A model generated the notes under the pieces. It did not search any database, was not told the DNA's origin, and saw only the letters and a program-made list of their open reading frames with translations. A program made the position numbers and the translations under genes. A stretch of DNA of 60,649 nucleotides, the filler included. It is 7 parts of 7 records of this genome, joined end to end, with 100 filler letters (N's around TTAATTAATTAA, not from the genome) between each part and the next. Parts side by side here need not be neighbours in the genome. Positions count along the whole stretch, not along the records: positions 1 to 5,145 come from DRR723986_17068; positions 5,246 to 16,185 come from DRR723986_17073; 5 more parts are not named here. One strand, 5' to 3'. Positions within the stretch are counted from its first letter, which is position 1; every line of letters begins with the position of its first letter. Below, piece by piece: positions 1-8,200 of this stretch.

Positions 1-1
1 T

Positions 2-484
2 TGGTACAACCGCGCCGGAGTTGAGCGGGTGATGGGTTTTGCGACCGAGGATCAGGTTGAATCGTTTTTCCGAGATGTGCCGGAATTTGAGCGGATGCTG
101 GTGCGCTCGGGCACGATCGTTCTGAAATACTGGTTCTCGATCACCGACGAAGAGCAGCAGTTGCGATTCCTGATGCGTATTCACGATCCGATGAAGCAGT
201 GGAAGCTGTCGCCGATGGATCTGGAGAGCCGCATTCGCTGGGAGCAGTACACCAAAGCCAAGGAAGAGATGTTCGCACGCACCAACATCCCCGAGGCCCC
301 GTGGTACATTGTCGAAGGTAACGACAAGAAGCGCGAGCGGTTGAATTGCATCGAGCACCTGCTGTCGCAGATTCCGTATGAGGATGTGCCAAGCGAAAAG
401 GTATCGTTGCCCGATCGGAATTATAACCCTGAATACGAACGTCAGGTACTGCCCGATGAGCTGTATGTGCCCAAGATCTATTGA
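2..484 (+). CDS. ppk2: Polyphosphate kinase 2, C-terminal part (5' truncated at window edge)
   Basis: Frame is open from position 2 (WYNRAGVERVMGF). Contains PPK2 motifs KYWFSIT, KQWKLSPMD, W.QYT.AKE.MF and APW..VEGNDKKRERLN. Confidence 0.93.
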   Translation, partial: WYNRAGVERVMGFATEDQVESFFRDVPEFERMLVRSGTIVLKYWFSITDEEQQLRFLMRIHDPMKQWKLSPMDLESRIRWEQYTKAKEEMFARTNIPEAPWYIVEGNDKKRERLNCIEHLLSQIPYEDVPSEKVSLPDRNYNPEYERQVLPDELYVPKIY

Positions 485-993
485 TCTGAGGCGTTGAGCG
501 TTTCTAGGTTTTCAAGGAAGCGGCGCAGGTAGCCGGTAAAGGCTTCGACCTCGGAGGGGTCGAAGCCCTTTAACAAGTGGCGTTGGCGTTCCAGCGCCCG
601 TGCAAGGATACGGGCGTGCAGGTCGTGGCCTGTTGGTGTCAGGGTCCAATCCTTGCGCCGGTCATCTTTCAGCAGCGTTTCGGATGTGACCAGCCCGGCC
701 TTTTCCATCCGTTGCAGGGCGCGGCTGACGGCGGCCTTGTCTATGCCCATGGTTTGGGCCGCGTGCGAGACCGAGCTGCCGGGTTCACGGGTCAGCATCA
801 CCAGCACACGCCAATCCATCACGCCAATCCCGAATTTTTCCAGATAATCCTTGGTCGCGCTGCGGGTGAACCGATTGCCGGCAAAGGTCAGCAGAACCGT
901 GGGCGTGCGGGTAAAGTCGAGCGTAGGTGCCGCGGGGCTGGTGGTGCTGTCGTCGGGATGGATCAGGAACAGGTCATCGGTGAGGTCGGTCAT
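478..993 (-). CDS. MarR-family transcriptional regulator
   Basis: wHTH motifs DWRVLVML, IDKAAVSRAL and DDRR...LTPTG. Start set at ATG 993 (MTDLTDD) because the longer start at 1044 falls inside the operator. Confidence 0.88.
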   Translation of the reverse strand: MTDLTDDLFLIHPDDSTTSPAAPTLDFTRTPTVLLTFAGNRFTRSATKDYLEKFGIGVMDWRVLVMLTREPGSSVSHAAQTMGIDKAAVSRALQRMEKAGLVTSETLLKDDRRKDWTLTPTGHDLHARILARALERQRHLLKGFDPSEVEAFTGYLRRFLENLETLNASDQ

Positions 994-1034
994 GAGGGGC
1001 CTCTGGCGCAGGTTTGGTACAGCGTAGCGGCTAT

Positions 1035-1083
1035 GTGTTGACATGACAACACGGCGTGTGATTACGTGTTGTCATGTCAACAC
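1035..1083. promoter_or_regulatory. Twin palindromic operators between marR and the P450 gene
   Basis: GTGTTGACATGACAACAC (1035-1052) and its exact reverse complement GTGTTGTCATGTCAACAC (1066-1083). Each carries a TTGACA hexamer, on opposite strands. Confidence 0.8.
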
Positions 1084-1098
1084 GTAAGGAGGTGTCAA

Positions 1099-2259
1099 AT
1101 GTCGAATGCCATGGTTTACGAGATCGACCCACAGGTGTTCTGGCGCGATCCCTATCCTGATCTCAAGCGGATGCGGGCGTTGGCGCCGGTGGTGTTTGTG
1201 CCGCAATTGGGGGCGACTTTGATTGTACGGCGGCAGGATATTTTCGAGCAGGAAAAGAAGACCGAGGTGTTCTCATCTGATCAGCCCGGCGGATTGATGA
1301 CCGTGTTGATGGGGCAGAATATGATGCGCAAAGATGGGGCGGATCATCTGTCAGAGCGCAAGGCGATCTTTCCCACGGTGTCGCCCAAGACGGTGCAGCG
1401 GGTGTGGACAGATCAGTTTCGTGCGGCAACTGAACGGGTGCTGGATGGGCTAGAGGCGCAGAGTGGCTGCGATCTGGTGCGGGATTATGCGCTGCCGGTG
1501 TCGGCTGAAGCACTGAAGGCGATGACGGGTCTGACGCAAATGTCGGCAGCAGAAATGGACCGGGTCAGTCAGGGTATGATTGATGGCTGTGCGAATTATG
1601 CGGGTGATCCTGAGGTCGAGGCCCGGTGCCACGATTGCACAGCATCGATTGACCGTCATATCGACGAGATGATCCCGCTGGTGGATGCGTCGCCGGATCA
1701 GTCTCTGTTATCGGTACAGCGGCAGGCAGGCATGGACGATGCGCAGGTGCGAGCGAATATTAAGCTGGCCATTTCCGGCGGTCAGAACGAGCCGCGCGAT
1801 GCGATTGCCGGAACGGTCTGGGCCTTGTTGCAAAATCCGGATCAGTTGGAGCTGGTGCGGGCCGGGCAGGCAACGTGGCGGCAAGCGTTTGAGGAGTACG
1901 CGCGCTGGATGTCCCCGATTGGGATGTCGCCACGCCGGGTGGCACAAGCGTATGAGCTGCATGGGGTGACGTTTGAACCAGAGGAGCGCGTATTTCTGAT
2001 GTTTGGATCAGGCAACCGGGATGAAACGGTGTTTGCGAATCCGGGTGTTTTTGATCTTACACAGGACAGTTCAGCGGCGATTTCGTTTGGGGCGGGGCCG
2101 CATTTCTGTGCAGGGGCATGGGCCGCCAAGGCGTTGATCGGGGATGTGGCGTTGCCGATGTTGTTTGAGCGATTCCCTGATGTGCGGCTGGATGGTGCGG
2201 CTGAATTTGGCGGCTGGGCGTTTCGGGGGCCGTTGCAGATGCCGGTGCGCTGGGATTAA
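1099..2259 (+). CDS. Cytochrome P450
   Basis: Heme motif FGAGPHFCAG, K-helix EEYAR (ExxR), NRD motif. Strong SD AAGGAGGT precedes ATG 1099. Confidence 0.95.
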   Translation: MSNAMVYEIDPQVFWRDPYPDLKRMRALAPVVFVPQLGATLIVRRQDIFEQEKKTEVFSSDQPGGLMTVLMGQNMMRKDGADHLSERKAIFPTVSPKTVQRVWTDQFRAATERVLDGLEAQSGCDLVRDYALPVSAEALKAMTGLTQMSAAEMDRVSQGMIDGCANYAGDPEVEARCHDCTASIDRHIDEMIPLVDASPDQSLLSVQRQAGMDDAQVRANIKLAISGGQNEPRDAIAGTVWALLQNPDQLELVRAGQATWRQAFEEYARWMSPIGMSPRRVAQAYELHGVTFEPEERVFLMFGSGNRDETVFANPGVFDLTQDSSAAISFGAGPHFCAGAWAAKALIGDVALPMLFERFPDVRLDGAAEFGGWAFRGPLQMPVRWD

Positions 2260-2837
2260 TCCGTTGCTGTGTTGAGAAGCACGCGCTGGGCGCAAGTGAT
2301 CAGGTCTGGGCCGGCGGTGCGCGGGTCCTCGGTGCTGCGCCCGGACAGCCATGCGCGGCAATAGATTTGCGCAGGGCCGATCAGTTGCGCGAAAAACATC
2401 GGGCTGGGCATGGGGTGCAACTGGCCTGCTGCGATTAGCGGCGCGCGCCATGTTTCGATGTGCTGGGCCAGTTTGGCATTCTCGACCTCTTGCGCGTCGC
2501 GGATGGTGCTTAGCCACTCGGAGCGCGCGTGTTCAAACAGAAACCGCCCTTGCGCGCCTGAGGTGGCGACCCATTCCAGATGCGCGGTGAGCAGGGTGGC
2601 GATGCCCTCGGCCGCTGTATCAGGCAAGCGGTGCAGCAAGGCGGTGTGATAGCTGTGCAGGCAGGTCAGAAAGAGATCGGCACACAGGGCGTCGCGGTTT
2701 TTGTAGGCGTGAAAGAAGCTGCCGTTTGACACCCCGGCCTGTGCCCGGATTTGGGCCACCGACGTGCCGCTGACCCCGTTTTCATCAAATAACGTCAGGG
2801 CAGTCTGCCGGATGAGGTCCTTGGTCGTGGCGGTCAT
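2256..2837 (-). CDS. TetR/AcrR-family transcriptional regulator
   Basis: N-terminal HTH ALTLFDENG..GTSVAQIRAQAGVSNGSFFHAYKNR. Confidence 0.9.
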   Translation of the reverse strand: MTATTKDLIRQTALTLFDENGVSGTSVAQIRAQAGVSNGSFFHAYKNRDALCADLFLTCLHSYHTALLHRLPDTAAEGIATLLTAHLEWVATSGAQGRFLFEHARSEWLSTIRDAQEVENAKLAQHIETWRAPLIAAGQLHPMPSPMFFAQLIGPAQIYCRAWLSGRSTEDPRTAGPDLITCAQRVLLNTATD

Positions 2838-2862
2838 GGCTAGGCGTCCTGATATTTTGAAT

Positions 2863-2892
2863 TTAGAGTAATGCTCTAGAGTTATTCTCTAA
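2863..2892. promoter_or_regulatory. Overlapping palindromic operators (probable TetR sites)
   Basis: TAGAG-TAATG-CTCTA (2864-2878) overlaps TAGAG-TTATT-CTCTA (2877-2891) in the AT-rich gap between the divergent tetR and amidohydrolase genes. Confidence 0.7.
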
Positions 2893-2925
2893 CATGACAT
2901 ATGCCATCAGGAGCCCGCCGTTACC

Positions 2926-3732
2926 ATGATTATTGATGCTTGGGGTCAGCACCCCACTTTGCGCCATGCCCAAGATCCGATGTTTGACTCGTTGCGCCGT
3001 TGGACCAAAACACCGGCCCCGACCGAAGAGCTGCCGGTATCAACCACGGTGGCGTTGATGGATCAGGCGGGCGTCGACAAGATGTTGATCAGCGCGTGGG
3101 AAGCGCCCCGCAATTCGATGATCTCGAACGATGAGGTTGAGGGGTTTGTCGCCGAGGCGCCGGATCGGTTTGTTGGGGTCGGCTCGGTCGACATTTCCAA
3201 ACCGATGGAAGCGGTGCGCGAGGTGCGGCGCTGTGTGCAAGACCGTGGGTTCAAAGCGATCCGTGTGTTGCCATGGTTATGGGAGGTGCCGCCAACGGAC
3301 CGCCGGTTCTATCCGGTGTTTGCCGCCTGCGTCGAAGAGGGCGTGCCGTTTTGCACGCAGATCGGCCATACCGGCCCGTTGATGCCATCCGAGGTGGGGC
3401 GACCGCTATATCTGGATCAGGTTGCGTTGGATTTCCCTGAACTGGTGATCGTGGGCGGACATATTGGTTATCCGTGGACCGAAGAGGCGGTGGCCGTCGC
3501 GACCAAACACGAGAACGTCTATATCGATACCTCGGCCTATACGGCGGGGCGGTACCCGCCGGAATTGGTCCGGTTCATGCAGGGGCACGGCGCGGCCAAG
3601 GTGCTGTTTGGCACCAATTATCCGATGATGCCACCGGCGCAGGCGTTGAACGGGTTGGACAAGCTTGGCTTGGCCGAGGACAAACAGGCGCTGTTTCTTG
3701 GCGGAAATGCGCAGCGAGTGTTTGGTCTGTAG
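2926..3732 (+). CDS. Amidohydrolase family protein (Amidohydro_2-like)
   Basis: IIDAWGQH N-terminus, GHTG, GHIGYPW, NVYIDTS, KVLFGTNYP, GGNA.RVF. SD AGGAG upstream. Confidence 0.9.
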   Translation: MIIDAWGQHPTLRHAQDPMFDSLRRWTKTPAPTEELPVSTTVALMDQAGVDKMLISAWEAPRNSMISNDEVEGFVAEAPDRFVGVGSVDISKPMEAVREVRRCVQDRGFKAIRVLPWLWEVPPTDRRFYPVFAACVEEGVPFCTQIGHTGPLMPSEVGRPLYLDQVALDFPELVIVGGHIGYPWTEEAVAVATKHENVYIDTSAYTAGRYPPELVRFMQGHGAAKVLFGTNYPMMPPAQALNGLDKLGLAEDKQALFLGGNAQRVFGL

Positions 3733-3746
3733 CAATCGGGTGAGAG

Positions 3747-3770
3747 GCCAAGCGCGAGGGCGCGCTTGGC
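3747..3770. terminator. GC-rich hairpin between convergent genes
   Basis: GCCAAGCGCG-AGGG-CGCGCTTGGC, a perfect 10-bp stem. No clear U tract. Confidence 0.55.
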
Positions 3771-3796
3771 TGGTGGTGTCTGAGTGGTGTTGCGGC

Positions 3797-4708
3797 TTAG
3801 AAACAGAACGCGTCGAACCCAGTGTCTTGGAGGGGTTGGCAAATGAACACGTCGTCCAGTGCGGCGGTGTCGACCCATTCGGTTGGGGTCGTGGGGGCCG
3901 TATCCAGTGGCCCACGGGCATTTTGAAAGAAGACGGCGAAATCAGCGGGGGACGACCATGGATTGGTGTTTTGATCCGTCGTGACAGTGCTGGCCCAGTC
4001 AAAGGTGAATTGTTCGTCCTCCCAACAGGTAAAGATGTCTTGAATGCTAGGGCCCGTGCTTGGGTCTGTCGTTGGGGTCTCTTCGGGTGTTGGATCTGGT
4101 TCTGGTGTTGTTGTGTCCTCGGGCGGTTGGGGGGCGACGACAGGTGTGACGGCAGGTGTTTCCGGAGGCGTGGTATCGGGCGTTTCCGGCGGAGTGGAGT
4201 TGTCGGTTGTTTCAGGCGGCTCGGTTGGGGCGGTTGGCGGTGTCGCGCCTTGATCCAATTGCAGGGGCGCGCTGGTGCGGGCAAAGTTTTGCGTGACCAT
4301 CACCGCCTCGTACCCTTGGTAATCGCCGGTTTCGATGCCGATCCCAATCACGGTGACATCAGGGTTGAGGATATTGGCCCGGTGGCCGGGGCTGTCCATC
4401 AAACTGTTGTGCAGGTCGATCACGTCGTCTTGGAGGCCCGGCGCGCCGCGTTCGCTTTGCCATGCGATGTTTTCGGCCCAAGTTGCGTTGCCCGAAAACT
4501 CAAACTGGGCTTGTTCCATCCGCTCGCCGGCGGACGATCCGTTTTCACCGGTGTGAGAGAATACATCCTGTTGCAGCATCCATTGGCTGTGATCCTCGGA
4601 GGCGTCGTTCAATCGCAGTTCCAATTGGACCGGTTCGAGCCCCCGGGATGTGCGTTCATTGTTAATCAATTCAAGCATTTGTTGTTCGAGTGTGCTGGCT
4701 TGTGACAT
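3797..4708 (-). CDS. CAP (SCP/Tpx-1/Ag5/PR-1) domain protein with Pro/Thr/Glu-rich linker
   Basis: EQQMLELINNER..GL, HSQWM, FSHTG, AENIA, SPGHRANIL, IGIGI, TQNFA. SD AGGAG before ATG 4708. Confidence 0.9.
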   Translation of the reverse strand: MSQASTLEQQMLELINNERTSRGLEPVQLELRLNDASEDHSQWMLQQDVFSHTGENGSSAGERMEQAQFEFSGNATWAENIAWQSERGAPGLQDDVIDLHNSLMDSPGHRANILNPDVTVIGIGIETGDYQGYEAVMVTQNFARTSAPLQLDQGATPPTAPTEPPETTDNSTPPETPDTTPPETPAVTPVVAPQPPEDTTTPEPDPTPEETPTTDPSTGPSIQDIFTCWEDEQFTFDWASTVTTDQNTNPWSSPADFAVFFQNARGPLDTAPTTPTEWVDTAALDDVFICQPLQDTGFDAFCF

Positions 4709-4977
4709 CTGCGTCTCCTGTATGATGAGCGGTCGGAAAATTCCGTTCGTTCGGCATAGAGGGGGCGGGGGGACAACGAGAATAGCGCGCAAACTTAGGC
4801 GTGTATTCGGGCAGGCCCTCGCCTGTTGGTTGCGTTTACGTAAGCGGGAATCAGTATGGGAAAACGGCGAACCTGCCACGTGGCTGGAAAGAGCCGAGCG
4901 GCAATGGGCAAATCAGCAAGATTTGTCCGTTTGGCGATGTCAGGAGGGGGAGTTGGGGAATCGGGAGACCCCAGAAA

Positions 4978-5012
4978 CGACAAACCCCCGCGGCTGGGCC
5001 TCGGGGGTCGTC
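4978..5012 (-). terminator. Probable intrinsic terminator of rpsU
   Basis: Minus strand GACGACCCCCGAGGCCCAGCCGCGGGGGTTTGTCGT forms a hairpin about 30 nt after the rpsU stop. Confidence 0.55.
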
Positions 5013-5042
5013 AAATAGCGTCTGAAAACAGCTACGGTGTGC

Positions 5043-5144
5043 TTAGAGCATACCTTCGCGCTGTGCTTTCTTACGTGCCAGTTTACGGGCACGACGGATC
5101 GCCTCAGCTTTCTCACGCGCTTTTTTCTCGGACGGCTTCTCGAA
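5043..5144 (-). CDS. rpsU: 30S ribosomal protein S21, C-terminal part (not in the ORF track)
   Basis: Manual translation gives [33 protein letters not shown], the alphaproteobacterial S21 C-terminus. Cut by the spacer. Confidence 0.93.
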   Translation of the reverse strand, partial: FEKPSEKKAREKAEAIRRARKLARKKAQREGML

Positions 5145-5145
5145 A

Positions 5146-5245
5146 NNNNNNNNNNNNNNNNNNNNNNNNNNNNNNNNNNNNNNNNNNNNTTAATTAATTA
5201 ANNNNNNNNNNNNNNNNNNNNNNNNNNNNNNNNNNNNNNNNNNNN
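5146..5245. other. Artificial contig spacer
   Basis: N44-TTAATTAATTAA-N44, stops in all six frames. Confidence 0.99.
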
Positions 5246-5273
5246 CAACAACAACAACAACAACGCCAACAAC
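5246..5273 (+). repeat. (AAC)n microsatellite, poly-Asn, at the contig start
   Basis: caacaacaacaacaacaacgccaacaac. Confidence 0.85.
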
Positions 5274-8200
5274 GTCGTGTTCGAGGGCCAGCTCGTGGTC
5301 TCGCCCAACGTGGCCCACGCCGCGAACACGGTCGTGGTGTCGGCGGCGTCGTCCGCCGTGGCCGGCACCAACGTGGTGTTCTCGGTCACGCCGCGCGACG
5401 CGTACAAGAACGTGGTGCCGTCGGACAGCAACAGCGTCGTGCTGGGGGCCACGCTGTCGGCCGGCGGCGTCTCGTCGCTGTCGCCGCTGGCGGACGGGGG
5501 CGTGGCCGTGGCCGCGGGCGCGGGCGCGGGCTTCGCCGTGACGTTCCGCCCCACGCTGGTGGGCTCGTACGCGCTGGCGCTGTCGGTCAACGGCGACGAC
5601 GTGGCGTGGGCCGCCACCGAGAGCGCCACCACCCCCACCGTCGACGTCACCTTTGCCGCCGCCAGCGCCGCCGTGTCGGTGCTGACCCTGGAGACCGCCG
5701 CCGCGTTCGCCGGCGACGACGGCCTGGTGGCGATCGAGGCCAAGGACAGCTTCGGCAACGCCGTGCTCGGCACGGACGAGGAGTTTGTGGTGACGCTCGT
5801 CGAGGCCAGCGGCGCCGAGGTCCCCCTCGCCCTGGCGGCGCCCGCGGGCAGCGGGTCGCGCTACACGTTCGCGTTCGTGCCCACGGTGTCGGGCGAGCAC
5901 TCGGTGCGCGCCTCGCTCGGCGGCGCCGCGGTGGGCGGCAGCCCCGTGACGTCGTCGTGCACCGCCGGCCCCGCCGTCCACGCCGCCTCGGTGTTCACCG
6001 GGGAGGGGCTCGCGGCCGCCGTCGCCGGCGCCCAGGCCACCTTCCAGCTGCTCGTCAACGACGCCTACGGCAACGCGCGCTCGCACGTGGTGGACACGGT
6101 GGCGGCGCGCGCGGTGGGGCCGTCGGCCTCGTACGATGCCGCCGTCACGTCGCTGGGCGCCGGGCTGTACTCGCTGGCCTGGAGCCCCACCGTGGCCAAC
6201 GCCGAGTACGCCTGGACCATCACCGTGGGCGAGGGCGAGGACGCCGTGGCGTTCGGCGGCGACCGCGTGGCGTGGGTGTCGCCCGGGCCCCTCTCGGTCC
6301 CCGACTGCCTGCTCGACGCCTCGCACCCGGGCACCGTGGTCGCCGGCGACACCATGTCGTTTGTCGTCTCCACGCACGACCAGTACGGCAACCGTATCTT
6401 CGAGTCGCGCGGCGAGAGCTTCTCGGTGAGCATCGCCCTGGACGGCGGCGCCCCCTCCTCCTCCGCGTCGGCGTCGCCGGTGGTGGCCGAGTTTGACGAC
6501 CAGCAGGACGGCACGTACGTGGCCACCAGCGTGGTCACCCTCGCCGCCCAGCACGTGGTGTCGGTGACGGCAACATCGTCGGCGCAACACGTGGGCGGGT
6601 CGCCGTTTGGCCTCCTGGTCACCCCCAACGTGCCCCACAGCCTGCACACGGTGGTGGACGCCGCGGCGGCGACCGTGGTGGCGGGCGAGGCGCAGCAGTT
6701 TAGCGTGCTGCCGTTCGACGTGTACGGCAACGACGCGTCGTCCACGAGCGTCGACGCCCAGGTGGCGGCCGTGCTGGCCACCACGGCCCAAGCCCAAGCC
6801 CAAGCCCAAGCGGCGGCGGTGGTGGTGCCGACAATGACGCGCGATGAGGGGACGGGCGCGTTCGTGGGCACTTACGAGGCCACGGTGGCCGGCTCGTACT
6901 CGCTGCAGGTCACGGTGGACGGCGCGGTGCTGGCGCAGGCCGCCCAGGGCGTGGAGGTGGTGCCCGCCGAGGCGCACGCGGCCACCAGCTCGGCCGAGGG
7001 CGCGGGCCTGGAGACCGCCGTCGCCGGCGAGGGCGCGTCCTTCCGCGTCACGCTGTTCGACCGCTTCTCGAACCTCATCCCCTCGCCGCAGGCCGCCGAC
7101 GTGGCGGTGACGGTGGCGAAGGTGCCGCTGCCGTCCCCGGCCGTGGCCGCGCCCACGGTGGAGGCGGCGGCGGACGGGGCGTCGGCGCTGGACGTGGCGT
7201 ACAACCCCTTCATCATCGGCGACTACCGCCTGGTGGTGCTCGTGCGCGGCGACGAGCTGGTGAACACGACGGTGACGGTGCTGGCGGCCGGCACGCACCT
7301 GCCCAACTGCAACGTGCTGGGCTCGGGCTACTACGCCGCGTCGTCGATCGCCGGCCAGACCCTCACCTTCTCCATCGCCACGTTCGACCAGTACGGCAAC
7401 GAGCGCAGCACGGGCGGCGACGCGTTCGCGGTGACCGTGGCGTCCAAGGACGACGGCGGCGCCACCGTCGTGCCCGCGACCGTGCTGGACCTGGCCACGG
7501 GCGTGTACCGCGTGTCCTTCACCCCGACGCGCGCCACCAACTACTCGGTGAGCGTCGAGCTGGACGGCGAGACGCTCCACGACGCCAAGGGCGAGGCCGC
7601 CGGCGCGGCGACCGTCCGCCCCGCCGCCACGGACATCCAGCGCAGCGTGCTGCGCGGCCCGGGCGCGCGCGGCGCCGTGGCCGGCGACGCTGCCAGCTTC
7701 GTGGTGGTGGCCAAGGACCGCTTCGACAACCTCCGCCTGGTGGGCGGCGACGCGCTGTTCGCCGTGCTGACGGGCCCCGACACGCTGGTGGTGGCGGCCA
7801 CGGACGTGACCGACCACGGCGACGGCAACTACACGCTGCCCTACACGGCCGTCGTGTCGGGCGTGTACTCGGTGCAGCTGTACCTGGGCCGCAACCTCAA
7901 GACCCCGCAGCCCTCCATCGTGGTCGCGGTGGGCGGTATGGAGCCGACCATGACGCTGGCGTCGGGCAGCGGGCTCAAGGGCTCGGTCGCCGGCGTGGAG
8001 GCCGTGGTCTCCCTGCAGGCGCGCGACGCGGGCGGCAACCTGCTGGGCGCCGGCGGGGACACGTTCTCCGCGTCGCTCGTCGACCCCAGCGACGACAACG
8101 CCGTGGTGGCCACGGCCGTGGTGACGGACAACGAGGACGGCACGTACGCCCTGCGCTACACCACCACGGCCGCGGGCGACTTCCTGCTGGTCGTCAAGGG

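Noticed and set aside
5190-5201. TTAATTAATTAA palindrome repeated six times in the window
   Set aside because: Synthetic six-frame stop linker inside N runs, not a biological repeat or att site.
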